DNA of 64,000 nt from Minisyncoccota bacterium (lineage in GTDB: Bacteria > Patescibacteriota > Minisyncoccia > Phycocordibacterales > Zambryskibacteraceae), in contig DATDVZ010000010.1 of the NCBI GenBank assembly GCA_036517475.1, forward strand, positions 15,338 through 79,337, written 5' to 3'. The first letter of the stretch is position 1; each line of letters opens with the position of its first letter. A model generated the notes under the pieces. It was not told the origin of the DNA and searched no databases. It was given only the letters and a program-made list of their open reading frames with translations. The position numbers were made by a program, and so were the translations under genes. Shown piece after piece: positions 1 through 8,686 of this stretch.

Positions 1-926
1 TCAAGAAAAAGAACACCTTTGTGGGCAAGGGTTGCTTCTCCCGGTTTAGGAGTGGCTCCGCCTCCGACAATTGAAACATAAGAAGATGTATGATGCGGTG
101 CTCTGAAAGGCGGGTCAATAATAAGCGAGCCAGAAAGTGTTCCCGCAACTGAATGAATTCCTGTCGCTTCAAGGATTTCATCAAAAGAGAGAGGTGGCAG
201 GATTCTGCTGAAAGCTTTTGCAAGCATCGTCTTGCCCGTGCCCGGCGGACCATAAAGAGCTACGTTGTGCCCGCCAGCAGCGGCAATTTCTAATCCTCTT
301 TTGGCCGACTCCTGCCCGCGAATATCTTCAAAATCAATTCCCTCGCCTTTTTTGCTTGGCGGAATCTTGGTTTTGGGCTGTACTGGGATTTGCAAGGCCT
401 CTTCTCTTGTCGTATCAACATGATTTAAAACTTCTTCAAGGGTTTCTACCCCATAGACTTCAATGCCGTCAATCAAAGCTGCTTCCTCGGCATTTTCCTT
501 CGGAACGAAAACTTTTTTAAACCCTTTCTCTTTTGCGTGTTTTACCAAAGGCAGTACACCATTAATTTTTCTGAGTTTTCCATCAAGCGAAAGTTCGCCC
601 AAAAAAATTATTTTTTCAGGGTCAAAATCAATTTCCTCTGCTGCCAGAAGATAGGCAAGAGCCATTCCCAGATCAAAGAACGGACCTTCCTTTTTGATAT
701 CTGCGGGAGCAAGAGAGATTACAACTTTCTGATTTTTATTTTTTGGAGATTTAAAACCGGAATTTTTTATTGCTGCTGAAATCCTGTCACGAGCTTCTTC
801 CACTGCTTTATCCGGAAGGCCCACAATTGCAAAACTATGCAGACCTTTTGAAAGATCCACTTCAATATCAATAATATGAGCTTTTAAAAAAGAAGTTTGC
901 GCGCTATGAACTTTAGCAAAAGACAT
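1..926 (-). CDS. comM: YifB/ComM family Mg-chelatase-like AAA+ ATPase (5' part; runs off the window edge)
   Basis: Reverse strand from ATG at 926 reads MSFAKVHSAQ...IEVDLSKGLHSFAIVGLPDKAVEEARDRISAA...LAPADIKKEGP...GGHNVALYGPPGTGKTML...PPFRAPHHTSSY...PKPGEATLAHKGVLFL; not in the ORF track because it is truncated. Confidence 0.92.
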   Translation of the reverse strand, partial: MSFAKVHSAQTSFLKAHIIDIEVDLSKGLHSFAIVGLPDKAVEEARDRISAAIKNSGFKSPKNKNQKVVISLAPADIKKEGPFFDLGMALAYLLAAEEIDFDPEKIIFLGELSLDGKLRKINGVLPLVKHAKEKGFKKVFVPKENAEEAALIDGIEVYGVETLEEVLNHVDTTREEALQIPVQPKTKIPPSKKGEGIDFEDIRGQESAKRGLEIAAAGGHNVALYGPPGTGKTMLAKAFSRILPPLSFDEILEATGIHSVAGTLSGSLIIDPPFRAPHHTSSYVSIVGGGATPKPGEATLAHKGVLFL

Positions 927-1016
927 AAATCATTATTCATAAAACACAGAACATATACTGAAATTAATTATAAAAATAATATGAACTCTTATTTTTCATG
1001 TTTCATATTTAATGCT

Positions 1017-1388
1017 TTATTTACTCATGTGACTTCTACAAGTTGTGGCAGCTGGGTTTGCTTCCAGGCGGTCCTCTTCAATTTCTTCCCCACCCACGGA
1101 GCATATTCCATATTTACCAGTTTCAGTTTTTTTTAGAGCATCTTGGATTTCATTAAATCGGATTTCAAGCTGCTTTAAAATAGCGGTATTGTTCTCAAAC
1201 TCCTCAATTGTGTCTGCAACTTCATTTTCATCGGTGTTTAATCCTGTATCCATGACAGGAGGAGTTGCTTGCCAATCAGAAGGGTTTTCGGGGTTAATTC
1301 TGCCCACAGACTGAAGCTCTTTCTCCAAAAGAGCTTTTTCCTTTTCAAGTTTATCTTTAAAATATTTAAGTTTCTCTGAATCAAACAT
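1017..1388 (-). CDS. TraR/DksA family RNA polymerase-binding regulator
   Basis: Coiled coil with D-x-x-E-x-A-D acidic tip, then GKYGICSVGGEEIEEDRLEANPAATTC. Confidence 0.85.
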   Translation of the reverse strand: MFDSEKLKYFKDKLEKEKALLEKELQSVGRINPENPSDWQATPPVMDTGLNTDENEVADTIEEFENNTAILKQLEIRFNEIQDALKKTETGKYGICSVGGEEIEEDRLEANPAATTCRSHMSK

Positions 1389-1433
1389 TGTGGCTATATT
1401 AACAAGTCGGAGGATTTAAGGCAAAGGTCAATT

Positions 1434-2528
1434 TTATCTTGTCACAGTTGAGGTAAGAATTTTATCTATCATCGCTTTTAGTACCTCAACACTGGAGGTT
1501 ATTAGTAGAGTATTTTTATTGACGAAAGAATAAAGAATAATTGTCTCCCCTTTTGAGTTTTTTAGAATTCTTAAATCTTTGTTTCTTATTGTCTCGTCAC
1601 TCCAACCACTTTCAGTTTCTGGATTCAGTATCATGGTCGTTGTGCCAGTTACATCTCTCACAGGCAAAGAATACCTACTGAAGATCGCACCGATATCATC
1701 ATTCATTAATGACTCCCATTTGAGCATACCGCTGTAGGTATGATCAAAAGATGAAATAGAGAGAAGTAAAAATGGTTCATTTCTTGAACCTCCGTAGTAT
1801 CCGAACATAAATCTGGAACCAAATGAACGCAATAATGAGCTGGGTGCATTGATTTTCAAAATATTCAGGAATTCTGAAGCATCAATATCAGTTTCAACCT
1901 CGCCATTTTTTTTAATAAAATTTATATAGAAAATTTCAGACGGATTAACCTGCAATTTATCTCTTTGTGAAATAAGAAATTCCAATAACTTCTCACGGCT
2001 GCTTTGAGTTGTGTCAAAGACCGTTTTCTGATTGAAAGGAATTATGGAATTTTCTGAGGGCGTTACGTCTACAATTCCCATGTTGTCCTTTTTAAGAGTA
2101 AAAAGAAAATAAACTGATCCGGCGCCCAAAATTACAAGAGTGGCGCTTACAATCAAAGTAATAATTTTTTTTCTCCTTTCAGGATTAACCTGGGGTTCTG
2201 TTTTTTTTCTTTCCTGCTCTCTTTTTTTCTCGGCAAGAGCTAAATCCAGTACTGAAGTTTTTTCTCTTTTTATTGCTTCGGCGGCATCACCCTGAAAAGT
2301 CCGAAGATTTCTTAATTTAACATCGGGAAACTGCTCTCTGAGACTGGTTCTCTGGGGAACATTTTGATTAATAGTGTCGGGTTTAGAATTAACGACTTGC
2401 TCCTTTGGGAATATGTCCTCTCCGAGAGCTTTTTTTGCTTCAATAAATTTTTTTTCGCCCCCCGAAGTCAGATTTTGAGTAATTTTTGATATTTCTTCAT
2501 CATCTAATTTCAAGTCATCTTGTACCAT
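1434..2528 (-). CDS. Hypothetical single-pass membrane protein
   Basis: 364-aa ORF; one TM segment (IITLIVSATLVILGAGSVYFLF); LRTFQGD motif. Confidence 0.75.
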   Translation of the reverse strand: MVQDDLKLDDEEISKITQNLTSGGEKKFIEAKKALGEDIFPKEQVVNSKPDTINQNVPQRTSLREQFPDVKLRNLRTFQGDAAEAIKREKTSVLDLALAEKKREQERKKTEPQVNPERRKKIITLIVSATLVILGAGSVYFLFTLKKDNMGIVDVTPSENSIIPFNQKTVFDTTQSSREKLLEFLISQRDKLQVNPSEIFYINFIKKNGEVETDIDASEFLNILKINAPSSLLRSFGSRFMFGYYGGSRNEPFLLLSISSFDHTYSGMLKWESLMNDDIGAIFSRYSLPVRDVTGTTTMILNPETESGWSDETIRNKDLRILKNSKGETIILYSFVNKNTLLITSSVEVLKAMIDKILTSTVTR

Positions 2529-2610
2529 GAGATAATTTTAGCACCCCGTTAAAATAATTTCACAAATTAAATTCCTGGGACGAGAGAGTTTAAGGCACTT
2601 TTTGAAATTT

Positions 2611-3135
2611 TTAGCGTGATTTTGCGCGCCCAAAACCCATAAGATATTTCCTGGGATTTTCATCAAGATCAAGAAAGTCGTCCACTGTTTCAATAAGGCG
2701 GCTTGAAGTTGATTTTCCGAACCCAACAGCTTCAACTTGGCAGCCGCGTGTATTTTTCAAGTATTCAACTAAGGGAATATAATCTCCGTCTCCTGAAACT
2801 AGAATTATTGTATCCAAATTCTGTGCCATTTTAACTGCATCAATTGCAATCCCGACGTCCCAGTCAGCTTTTTTTGCACCTCCAAAAAATATCTGAAGGT
2901 TTTTAGTTTTTGTTTCAATCCCAGCTTTAGCAAGCGCCTCAAAAAAAGCCTTTTCTTCTCCAGTTTCTGTGGTTATCACGTAAGCAATTGCTCTAATAAG
3001 GGTTCTTCCGGCAAGGGCGTCCTTAACCACTTGGGCAAAATTAACTTTAGCTTTGTATAGATTTTTCGCGCTGTGATAGAGATTCTGCGTATCTATTAAA
3101 ATTCCAACTCTCTGTTCTTTATGTTTGATGGCCAT
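2611..3135 (-). CDS. NYN domain (LabA/DUF88, PIN-like) protein
   Basis: IDTQNLY, K-x-DWDVGIAIDA and LVSGDGDYIPLV motifs. Confidence 0.9.
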   Translation of the reverse strand: MAIKHKEQRVGILIDTQNLYHSAKNLYKAKVNFAQVVKDALAGRTLIRAIAYVITTETGEEKAFFEALAKAGIETKTKNLQIFFGGAKKADWDVGIAIDAVKMAQNLDTIILVSGDGDYIPLVEYLKNTRGCQVEAVGFGKSTSSRLIETVDDFLDLDENPRKYLMGFGRAKSR

Positions 3136-3178
3136 GATTGATTTTTCTTATGAGCAAAGCGAATTAGAAATAATCATC

Positions 3179-3234
3179 ACCCTGTTAAATCCTGCTTTGC
3201 AGGAATCCGCCATGGGCGGATTATTTAACAGGGT
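3179..3234. repeat. Short palindromic element with ACCCTGTTAAAT...ATTTAACAGGGT termini and two internal hairpins
   Basis: 12-bp perfect terminal IR enclosing TCCTGC-ttt-GCAGGA and AATCCGCC-atg-GGCGGATT. Confidence 0.8.
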
Positions 3235-3268
3235 TAAGTAAATCATACTCGCTATACTCGTTGATTTT

Positions 3269-3541
3269 CTAAACTTTCTTCTTCAGTCCCATTTTCTTTA
3301 CTAGAGCTGAATATCTTTTGGGATTTTTCTTCTGCAGATAGCCCAAATGGGTCTGCCTCTGCGAAACCATACCAAGAAGACCTCTGCGGGAATGATTATC
3401 TTTTTTATTTTTTTTAAGATGCTTTGTTAATTCATCTATCCTTTTGGACAAAATAGAAATCTGGACCTCAGGGGACCCCGTGTCCTTGTCGTGAATTTGA
3501 ACTTCACCAATAATTCTGTGCTTTTTAGTCTTTGATATCAC
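3269..3541 (-). CDS. rpsO: 30S ribosomal protein S15
   Basis: [12 protein letters not shown]...L..HL..NKKD.HSRRGLL.MV. Confidence 0.97.
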   Translation of the reverse strand: MISKTKKHRIIGEVQIHDKDTGSPEVQISILSKRIDELTKHLKKNKKDNHSRRGLLGMVSQRQTHLGYLQKKNPKRYSALVKKMGLKKKV

Positions 3542-3659
3542 TTATCTAAAATATCACAAATATCGTTTAATAGCAAGTATTTAACTGTGAAATTCCTCAA
3601 ATCAGCAATAAAATTATAGACAATGACTAAGTCGCACAATATTTTGATAGAATAGAGAA

Positions 3660-4616
3660 ATGAATGATATAGACAAGTTAAAAAGAGACTTTCTTGAATA
3701 TCTGGAGATTGAAAGAGGTTCGGCCTTAAAAACTATTGAGAACTATGACTTATACCTAAGCCGCTTCTTGGATTTTGCCCAGGTAAAAAAACCAAATGAT
3801 ATTACAGAAAATAGCGTCAGACAATTCCGTCTTTCACTTAATAAGCAGCTTGTTGGTAATGGTCAGACTCTTTCCAAAAAAACTCAAAATTACTACATGA
3901 TTGCTTTGAGAATGTTTCTCAAATACCTTGCTAAAAGAAATATCAAAGCCATGCCGGCAGACCAGATTGAACTTGCAAAAGTTAAGGAACATTCTTTAAA
4001 TTTAATAACCCCCAAAGAGCTTGAACGACTTCTTGATGCTTCAAAAGGTAATGATTTGAAGAGTCTGCGCGATAAGGCAATACTTGAACTCCTTTTTTCT
4101 ACAGGTATGAGGGTCTCCGAACTTTGCTCCCTGCCGCGCGATATATCCACATCATCAGAAGAGCTCTCCATCCGAGGCAAGGGCGGTAAGATCAGAGTAG
4201 TCTTTATTTCAGAGAGTGCGCGTGAAGCGCTAAAAAAATATCTCAACGCCCGCAAGGATATGGAAGAAGGGCTTTTTATACGTTTAGGCAATCTTTCAGG
4301 TAAAAATAAGAATCCACCAGAGCAAAAAAAAGGAAAGGAGAAAAAAAAGAAATATCTCGGCAAAGATTACGGCAACCTAGACCGACGATCCGTTGAAAGT
4401 ATTGTAAAACACTATGCAATAAAAGCTGGCATTTCAAAAAAAGTTACTCCGCATGTCATAAGACACTGCTTCGCCACTGATCTTCTGCAAAATGGAGCGG
4501 ACTTGCGTTCAGTGCAGATGCTTTTGGGACACGCTAATATTGGCACTACTCAAATTTATACTCATATTACCGACAAGCACTTGAGAGAGGTTCATAAAAA
4601 ATATCACTCAAAATAA
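3660..4616 (+). CDS. Tyrosine recombinase, XerC/XerD family
   Basis: LFSTGMRVSEL, GKGGK, TPHVIRHCFATDLL.NGADLRSVQ.LLGH.NI.TTQIYTH. Confidence 0.93.
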   Translation: MNDIDKLKRDFLEYLEIERGSALKTIENYDLYLSRFLDFAQVKKPNDITENSVRQFRLSLNKQLVGNGQTLSKKTQNYYMIALRMFLKYLAKRNIKAMPADQIELAKVKEHSLNLITPKELERLLDASKGNDLKSLRDKAILELLFSTGMRVSELCSLPRDISTSSEELSIRGKGGKIRVVFISESAREALKKYLNARKDMEEGLFIRLGNLSGKNKNPPEQKKGKEKKKKYLGKDYGNLDRRSVESIVKHYAIKAGISKKVTPHVIRHCFATDLLQNGADLRSVQMLLGHANIGTTQIYTHITDKHLREVHKKYHSK

Positions 4617-4628
4617 ATTTCGCAGTGC

Positions 4629-4657
4629 TTGACAAGTAATTCATAATTTGCTATAAT
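4629..4657 (+). promoter_or_regulatory. Consensus sigma70 promoter (TTGACA-N17-TATAAT, extended -10)
   Basis: ttgaca 4629-4634; tg-c-tataat with tataat at 4652-4657. Confidence 0.85.
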
Positions 4658-4683
4658 CTAAATAACCCTAACAAAAGGAGTTC

Positions 4684-4833
4684 ATGCATATCAACCGCCG
4701 GAAACTCCGTCAGGAACTCGGGAGTCGCGTCGGTCGTCGACGAGGCACCAAAAGTGGGCCGATGGGCGTCCGAGTTCCTCGCCCTCGCATCCGCCTCGCC
4801 GAGAAAATCGAGCGGATGAAGGTCAAGAGCTGA
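4684..4833 (+). CDS. Small Arg-rich basic protein (49 aa), absent from the ORF track
   Basis: AAGGAG SD, then ATG; MHINRRKLRQELGSRVGRRRGTKSGPMGVRVPRPRIRLAEKIERMKVKS; TGA-TAG double stop; own promoter and terminator. Confidence 0.75.
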   Translation: MHINRRKLRQELGSRVGRRRGTKSGPMGVRVPRPRIRLAEKIERMKVKS

Positions 4834-4845
4834 TAGTACTGCACG

Positions 4846-4878
4846 AAAACCGCACAAGGTTTCGTGCGGTTTTGTTTA
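4846..4878 (+). terminator. Intrinsic terminator
   Basis: AAAACCGCAC-loop-GTGCGGTTTT followed by GTTT. Confidence 0.7.
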
Positions 4879-4914
4879 CTAGAAGCTGAAAGCTAAAAGC
4901 TGTAAGCTAGAGTC

Positions 4915-5682
4915 ATGCGTATTATTTCGTGGAATGTAAATGGATTGCGCGCCTTACACAGAAAAGGTAAGTGGAATGAGATTCTTGATCTTGATCCTGA
5001 TATTCTCTGCCTTCAGGAAATCAAAGCAGAAGTAAAAGATCTTCCAGCAGAAGTACAGAGTCCGCTCAATTTTTATTCATATTTTGACTCTCCAAAAGAA
5101 AAAAAGGGTTACAGCGGAGTTGCCATGTACTCCAAAGTCAAAACAGAGGGTGTTAGTTATGACTTCCACGGCGATAAAGAGGGGCGTCTCATTGAAGCTC
5201 ATTTCAAGGATTTTATTCTTTTTAATGTTTATTTTCCCAACGGAGGGGGTGGCCCGGAAAGACTTAAATACAAATTAGAGTTTTACGAAAAGTTTTTGAA
5301 ATTTATTGAAAAGCACAGAAATCCGCCAACTGGCGGAAAGCCGATAATTTTCTGCGGAGATATAAATACTGCTCACAAGGAAATTGATCTAGCTAGACCA
5401 AAAGAGAATGAAACTAGGACAGGTTTTTTACCGGAGGAAAGAGTATGGATAGATAAAGTAGTAAAAAAAGGTTATGTAGACATTTTCCGTCATCTTAATC
5501 CAGATAGATCGGGTGCATACACTTACTGGGATATGAAAACATTTGCACGCGACAGAAATGTCGGCTGGAGGATAGATTATTTTTTTATTTCGCCAGAATT
5601 GCTCTCAAAAGTTAAAAAGGTTGAAATTTTAGATGATATTTTTGGTTCCGATCACTGTCCTATCAGTTTGGAATTAAATTAA
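4915..5682 (+). CDS. xth: Exodeoxyribonuclease III
   Basis: SWNVNGLRA, LCLQEIK, GYSGVA, CGDINTAH, GWRIDYF, GSDHCP. Confidence 0.96.
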   Translation: MRIISWNVNGLRALHRKGKWNEILDLDPDILCLQEIKAEVKDLPAEVQSPLNFYSYFDSPKEKKGYSGVAMYSKVKTEGVSYDFHGDKEGRLIEAHFKDFILFNVYFPNGGGGPERLKYKLEFYEKFLKFIEKHRNPPTGGKPIIFCGDINTAHKEIDLARPKENETRTGFLPEERVWIDKVVKKGYVDIFRHLNPDRSGAYTYWDMKTFARDRNVGWRIDYFFISPELLSKVKKVEILDDIFGSDHCPISLELN

Positions 5683-5703
5683 AAAAGCGGACGTATGGTC
5701 CGC
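5681..5703 (-). terminator. Intrinsic terminator after exbD
   Basis: Minus strand GCGGAC-catac-GTCCGC-TTTTTT. Confidence 0.65.
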
Positions 5704-5713
5704 AAGTTAATCA

Positions 5714-6136
5714 CTAGCAATTTAATCTACCCCTCTCGCACTCGGTTATTGCCGCCAGAACCCTAACTCCAGCATGACGAACGATTTCTGCGGCATCCTG
5801 AATCTTCGAATACGGGAGATTTTTGTCTGCGCGAAAGAAAATAATTCTGTCAGTTCTGTCGTTATAGATTGATCGCAATCGAGGCCCCAGAGCATCTGCA
5901 GAAATAGGCGAACCATTCAGGAAATAGTTACCAGACTCATCAAGACCGAGAGTTATGTCTTCCTTTTCTTCAGGACGAGACAAGAGGTTCACTCCGACTG
6001 GTATACTTGCTTTGAAGCCGCCCATAAGAGGTGTTACCACCATAAAGATAATCAATAGGACCAGCATGATATCAATCATGGGAATGACGTTAGGCTCTGA
6101 ACTGATATCAGACTGCGGATATACTGATCGTGACAT
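5714..6136 (-). CDS. exbD: ExbD/TolR family biopolymer transport protein (orphan)
   Basis: EPNVIPMIDIMLVLLIIFMVVTP TM segment with the conserved Asp; RADKNLPY...AGV periplasmic motif; AGGAG SD. Confidence 0.88.
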   Translation of the reverse strand: MSRSVYPQSDISSEPNVIPMIDIMLVLLIIFMVVTPLMGGFKASIPVGVNLLSRPEEKEDITLGLDESGNYFLNGSPISADALGPRLRSIYNDRTDRIIFFRADKNLPYSKIQDAAEIVRHAGVRVLAAITECERGRLNC

Positions 6137-6175
6137 CTAAGATCTCCTTGAAAGAGCGTCCTTTATTATTATATA

Positions 6176-6246
6176 TTGACATAAATAATTTTGCGAGTAT
6201 AATGGGTCATTATTATTAATGGTTCGCCCGAAAGGGCGAACCATTA
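6176..6246 (+). promoter_or_regulatory. nusA promoter and 13-bp leader hairpin (possible attenuator)
   Basis: TTGACA 6176-6181, N16, TATAAT 6198-6203; TAATGGTTCGCCC-GAAA-GGGCGAACCATTA at 6217-6246. Confidence 0.75.
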
Positions 6247-6281
6247 GTTTAAATTATTCATTTCATTCATATAAATTTGGC

Positions 6282-7493
6282 ATGTTTGATCTAAAAGTAA
6301 TACATTCTGTTCTAGACCAGCTTCAAGATGAGAGGGGTATTCCAAAAGAAAAAGTCATTGAAGCAATAGGAGCTGCATTAGCAACAGCATACAGAAAAGA
6401 GTACGGGAAACGCGGACAGATTATTCGTGCTAATTTTGATATTAATACAGGAAAAACTGAATTTTATCAGGTAAAGGTTGTGGTTGATGAAAGCCGTGTG
6501 ATTTTTGCCGAAGAAGGTGAGGATGTTGAGAGGGCGGAAGGTGATGAGAGACCTTTTTTCAACCCAGAACACGACATAATTATTAATGATGCCAAAAAAA
6601 TAAAAAAAGACGTTGCGCTTGATGAGGAGTTGGTTTTCCCTCTGGAGACAAAAGATGATTTTGGCAGAATTGCATCTCAAACCGCAAAGCAGGTCATAAT
6701 GCAAAAAATACGCGAGGCGGAAAAAACTTCCGTTTTTTCCGAATTCGGCGAAAGAGAGGGAGAAATTGTTACTGGAACGGTGCAGAGGATTGAGAGAGGA
6801 AATATTTTTGTTGATATGGGAAGAGCAACTGGAATTCTCCCTTACGAAGAGCAGATTCCAACGGAGCGCTTCAGGCAAGGTGAGAGAGTACGTGCATATC
6901 TTTACAGAGTTGAAGAAACTCCCAGAGGAATTTTTCTTCGCCTCTCACGTTCTCATCCTAAACTTCTAGAAGAGCTTTTCAGGCAGGAAACCCCGGAAAT
7001 TGCAAATGATGTGGTAGAAATCAAAGCCGTGGCAAGGGAAGCGGGCTTTAGAAGCAAAATTGCAGCTTATTCAAAAGATGAACACATTGATCCAGTCGGT
7101 TCTATGGTCGGCCAAAGGGGGGTGCGAGTTTCAACTGTCATGAGCGAGCTTGGTGGAGAAAAAATCGATATTATTGAGTGGTCAGAGGATCCGAAGAAAT
7201 TTATTGAAGACGCCTTATCTCCCGCAAAAATCCTCTCTGTAGATGTTGATGAGGTGAATCATACTGCCAAAGTTGGGGTTTCAGAAGATCAGCAATCATT
7301 GGCAATTGGCCGTGGCGGACAAAACGTGCGTCTTGCGGCAAAACTCACGGGATGGAAAATAGACATCCAATCTGTCAAAGGGGAGAGTCTGGCAAATTCT
7401 GAAGTAGAGGAAAGTGAAATCCCAGAGAGGAAAGAAGGAAGGGAAATGACACCAGATATAGATATCCCATCTGAAAATCCCCAACTTACTTAA
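6282..7493 (+). CDS. nusA: Transcription termination/antitermination factor NusA
   Basis: FGRIASQTAKQVI.QKIREAE, S1 and KH domains, AIGRGGQNVRLAAKLTGWKIDI; start placed at ATG 6282 (MFDLK). Confidence 0.96.
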   Translation: MFDLKVIHSVLDQLQDERGIPKEKVIEAIGAALATAYRKEYGKRGQIIRANFDINTGKTEFYQVKVVVDESRVIFAEEGEDVERAEGDERPFFNPEHDIIINDAKKIKKDVALDEELVFPLETKDDFGRIASQTAKQVIMQKIREAEKTSVFSEFGEREGEIVTGTVQRIERGNIFVDMGRATGILPYEEQIPTERFRQGERVRAYLYRVEETPRGIFLRLSRSHPKLLEELFRQETPEIANDVVEIKAVAREAGFRSKIAAYSKDEHIDPVGSMVGQRGVRVSTVMSELGGEKIDIIEWSEDPKKFIEDALSPAKILSVDVDEVNHTAKVGVSEDQQSLAIGRGGQNVRLAAKLTGWKIDIQSVKGESLANSEVEESEIPERKEGREMTPDIDIPSENPQLT

Positions 7494-7500
7494 AAATATA

Positions 7501-7820
7501 GACCCCCGAGGCAAGCCCCGAGGTAATTAATACCGAGCTCATTCCACTCGCATTGAAACGCGGCAAAGCCGTACGGTATTGGACTATATTATTTCATTAC
7601 ATGAACTGTACACTTTTCGCTCCGATAATATCGGAGCTCAAAGTCTTGCAGAAGCTCCATGTATTCGCTTCCTCACCTCGGCTCGTAAGTGAGAAAGTAA
7701 ACTTTCTCACTTCTCTATCAAAAGTATTTTTCTACTGAAAAATCTTTCGATCCTGTCTCGCACCGTCGTTCTCCGACCTTGCAAAAGCTCCATGTATTCG
7801 CTTTTTCACTCTACGTCGCT
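7501..7820. repeat. Intergenic mosaic of REP-like palindromes and a 26-nt direct repeat
   Basis: CTTGCARAAGCTCCATGTATTCGCTT at 7645-7670 and 7778-7803; hairpins at 7619-7637 and 7686-7711; CCCCGAGGCAAGCCCCGAGG near 7503. Confidence 0.65.
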
Positions 7821-7937
7821 AATAAAATCACTGACAAACCCCTTAAATAAGGGGTTTATTACTACCTGACAAGAGTTATAATGTAAGGAAGAATATTCAA
7901 TAACGTCATTAATATTATTAAAATTAATTTTTAAAGT

Positions 7938-8639
7938 ATGATTACAAAAAAAATCGGGTTCACCTTGGCAATTACAATGATTGCAATAGGCGCTTATGCA
8001 AATGAAGTGAAGGTTAAAAGTGACGTTCGGGCAGATGTTAAGGCAAATATAAATATTGAACGCCCAAAACTTGATAAAATCCTCCAGAAATTTGCTTCAT
8101 CAAGTGATCGTATAAAGGAAGAGAGGGAGAAAAAAATGGAAAAGTTAAGTGAAAGAACTGAAAATAAACTTGAGAAGAAAAGAGAGCAGACAGAAAGAAG
8201 AGTGAAACATGAGCTTGAAATGATGAGTAGAAGAATCAAAGCCGCAATTGAAAGACTGGAAAAATTTGTTGAACGTATAAATTCAAGGATTGATAAAATC
8301 GAATCTCAGGGCAGAGATACCACCGTTGCAGAAAATGCAATGGTTGAGGCAAAAGCAGATATAAGTTCGGCTAAAATTAACTTTGAGGTCTTAAAAACAA
8401 TGACAGCAAATATTTCAGTCTGGGTAGGAACTTCAACTGCGACTTCTACAAACGCAACCTCAACAAAAGCAGAACTTAAGGCAAAATTTGCTGAACTGAG
8501 AGAACAAGTCAAAAAAATAAAACAAAACCTCAAGGATGCTCATAGCCATATTGTGGATGCTGTAAATAGCCTAAAAGGTCTTCGTATTGGAGTAGAATCC
8601 AATGCAACCACAACAGTTAACGCTACTACAACTCCATAA
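7938..8639 (+). CDS. Secreted coiled-coil hypothetical protein
   Basis: Signal peptide (AYA), long E/K/R-rich helices, TSTATSTNATST linker. Confidence 0.8.
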   Translation: MITKKIGFTLAITMIAIGAYANEVKVKSDVRADVKANINIERPKLDKILQKFASSSDRIKEEREKKMEKLSERTENKLEKKREQTERRVKHELEMMSRRIKAAIERLEKFVERINSRIDKIESQGRDTTVAENAMVEAKADISSAKINFEVLKTMTANISVWVGTSTATSTNATSTKAELKAKFAELREQVKKIKQNLKDAHSHIVDAVNSLKGLRIGVESNATTTVNATTTP

Positions 8640-8686
8640 ATGTTGATGATACAATTAACATAATAAAAATTAAATAATTAATCTTG

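Noticed and set aside
218-1314. Plus-strand ORFs over comM and the dksA-like gene, and similar short antisense ORFs across the window
   Set aside because: They are shadow frames of well-supported genes, with no motifs or initiation signals.
3660-4616. Integron integrase or prophage integrase
   Set aside because: The motifs fit housekeeping XerC/D, the extra segment is a low-complexity Lys-rich loop, and no attC array or phage genes were seen.
4651-4857. 68-aa minus-strand ORF from the track
   Set aside because: It is the antisense shadow of the plus-strand 49-aa ORF, which has a promoter, SD and terminator.
6219-6281. N-terminal extension of NusA from ATG 6219
   Set aside because: That ATG lies inside the leader hairpin; NusA similarity begins at 6282.
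7645-7803. CRISPR array
   Set aside because: Only two repeat copies, a 107-nt gap between them and no cas genes.
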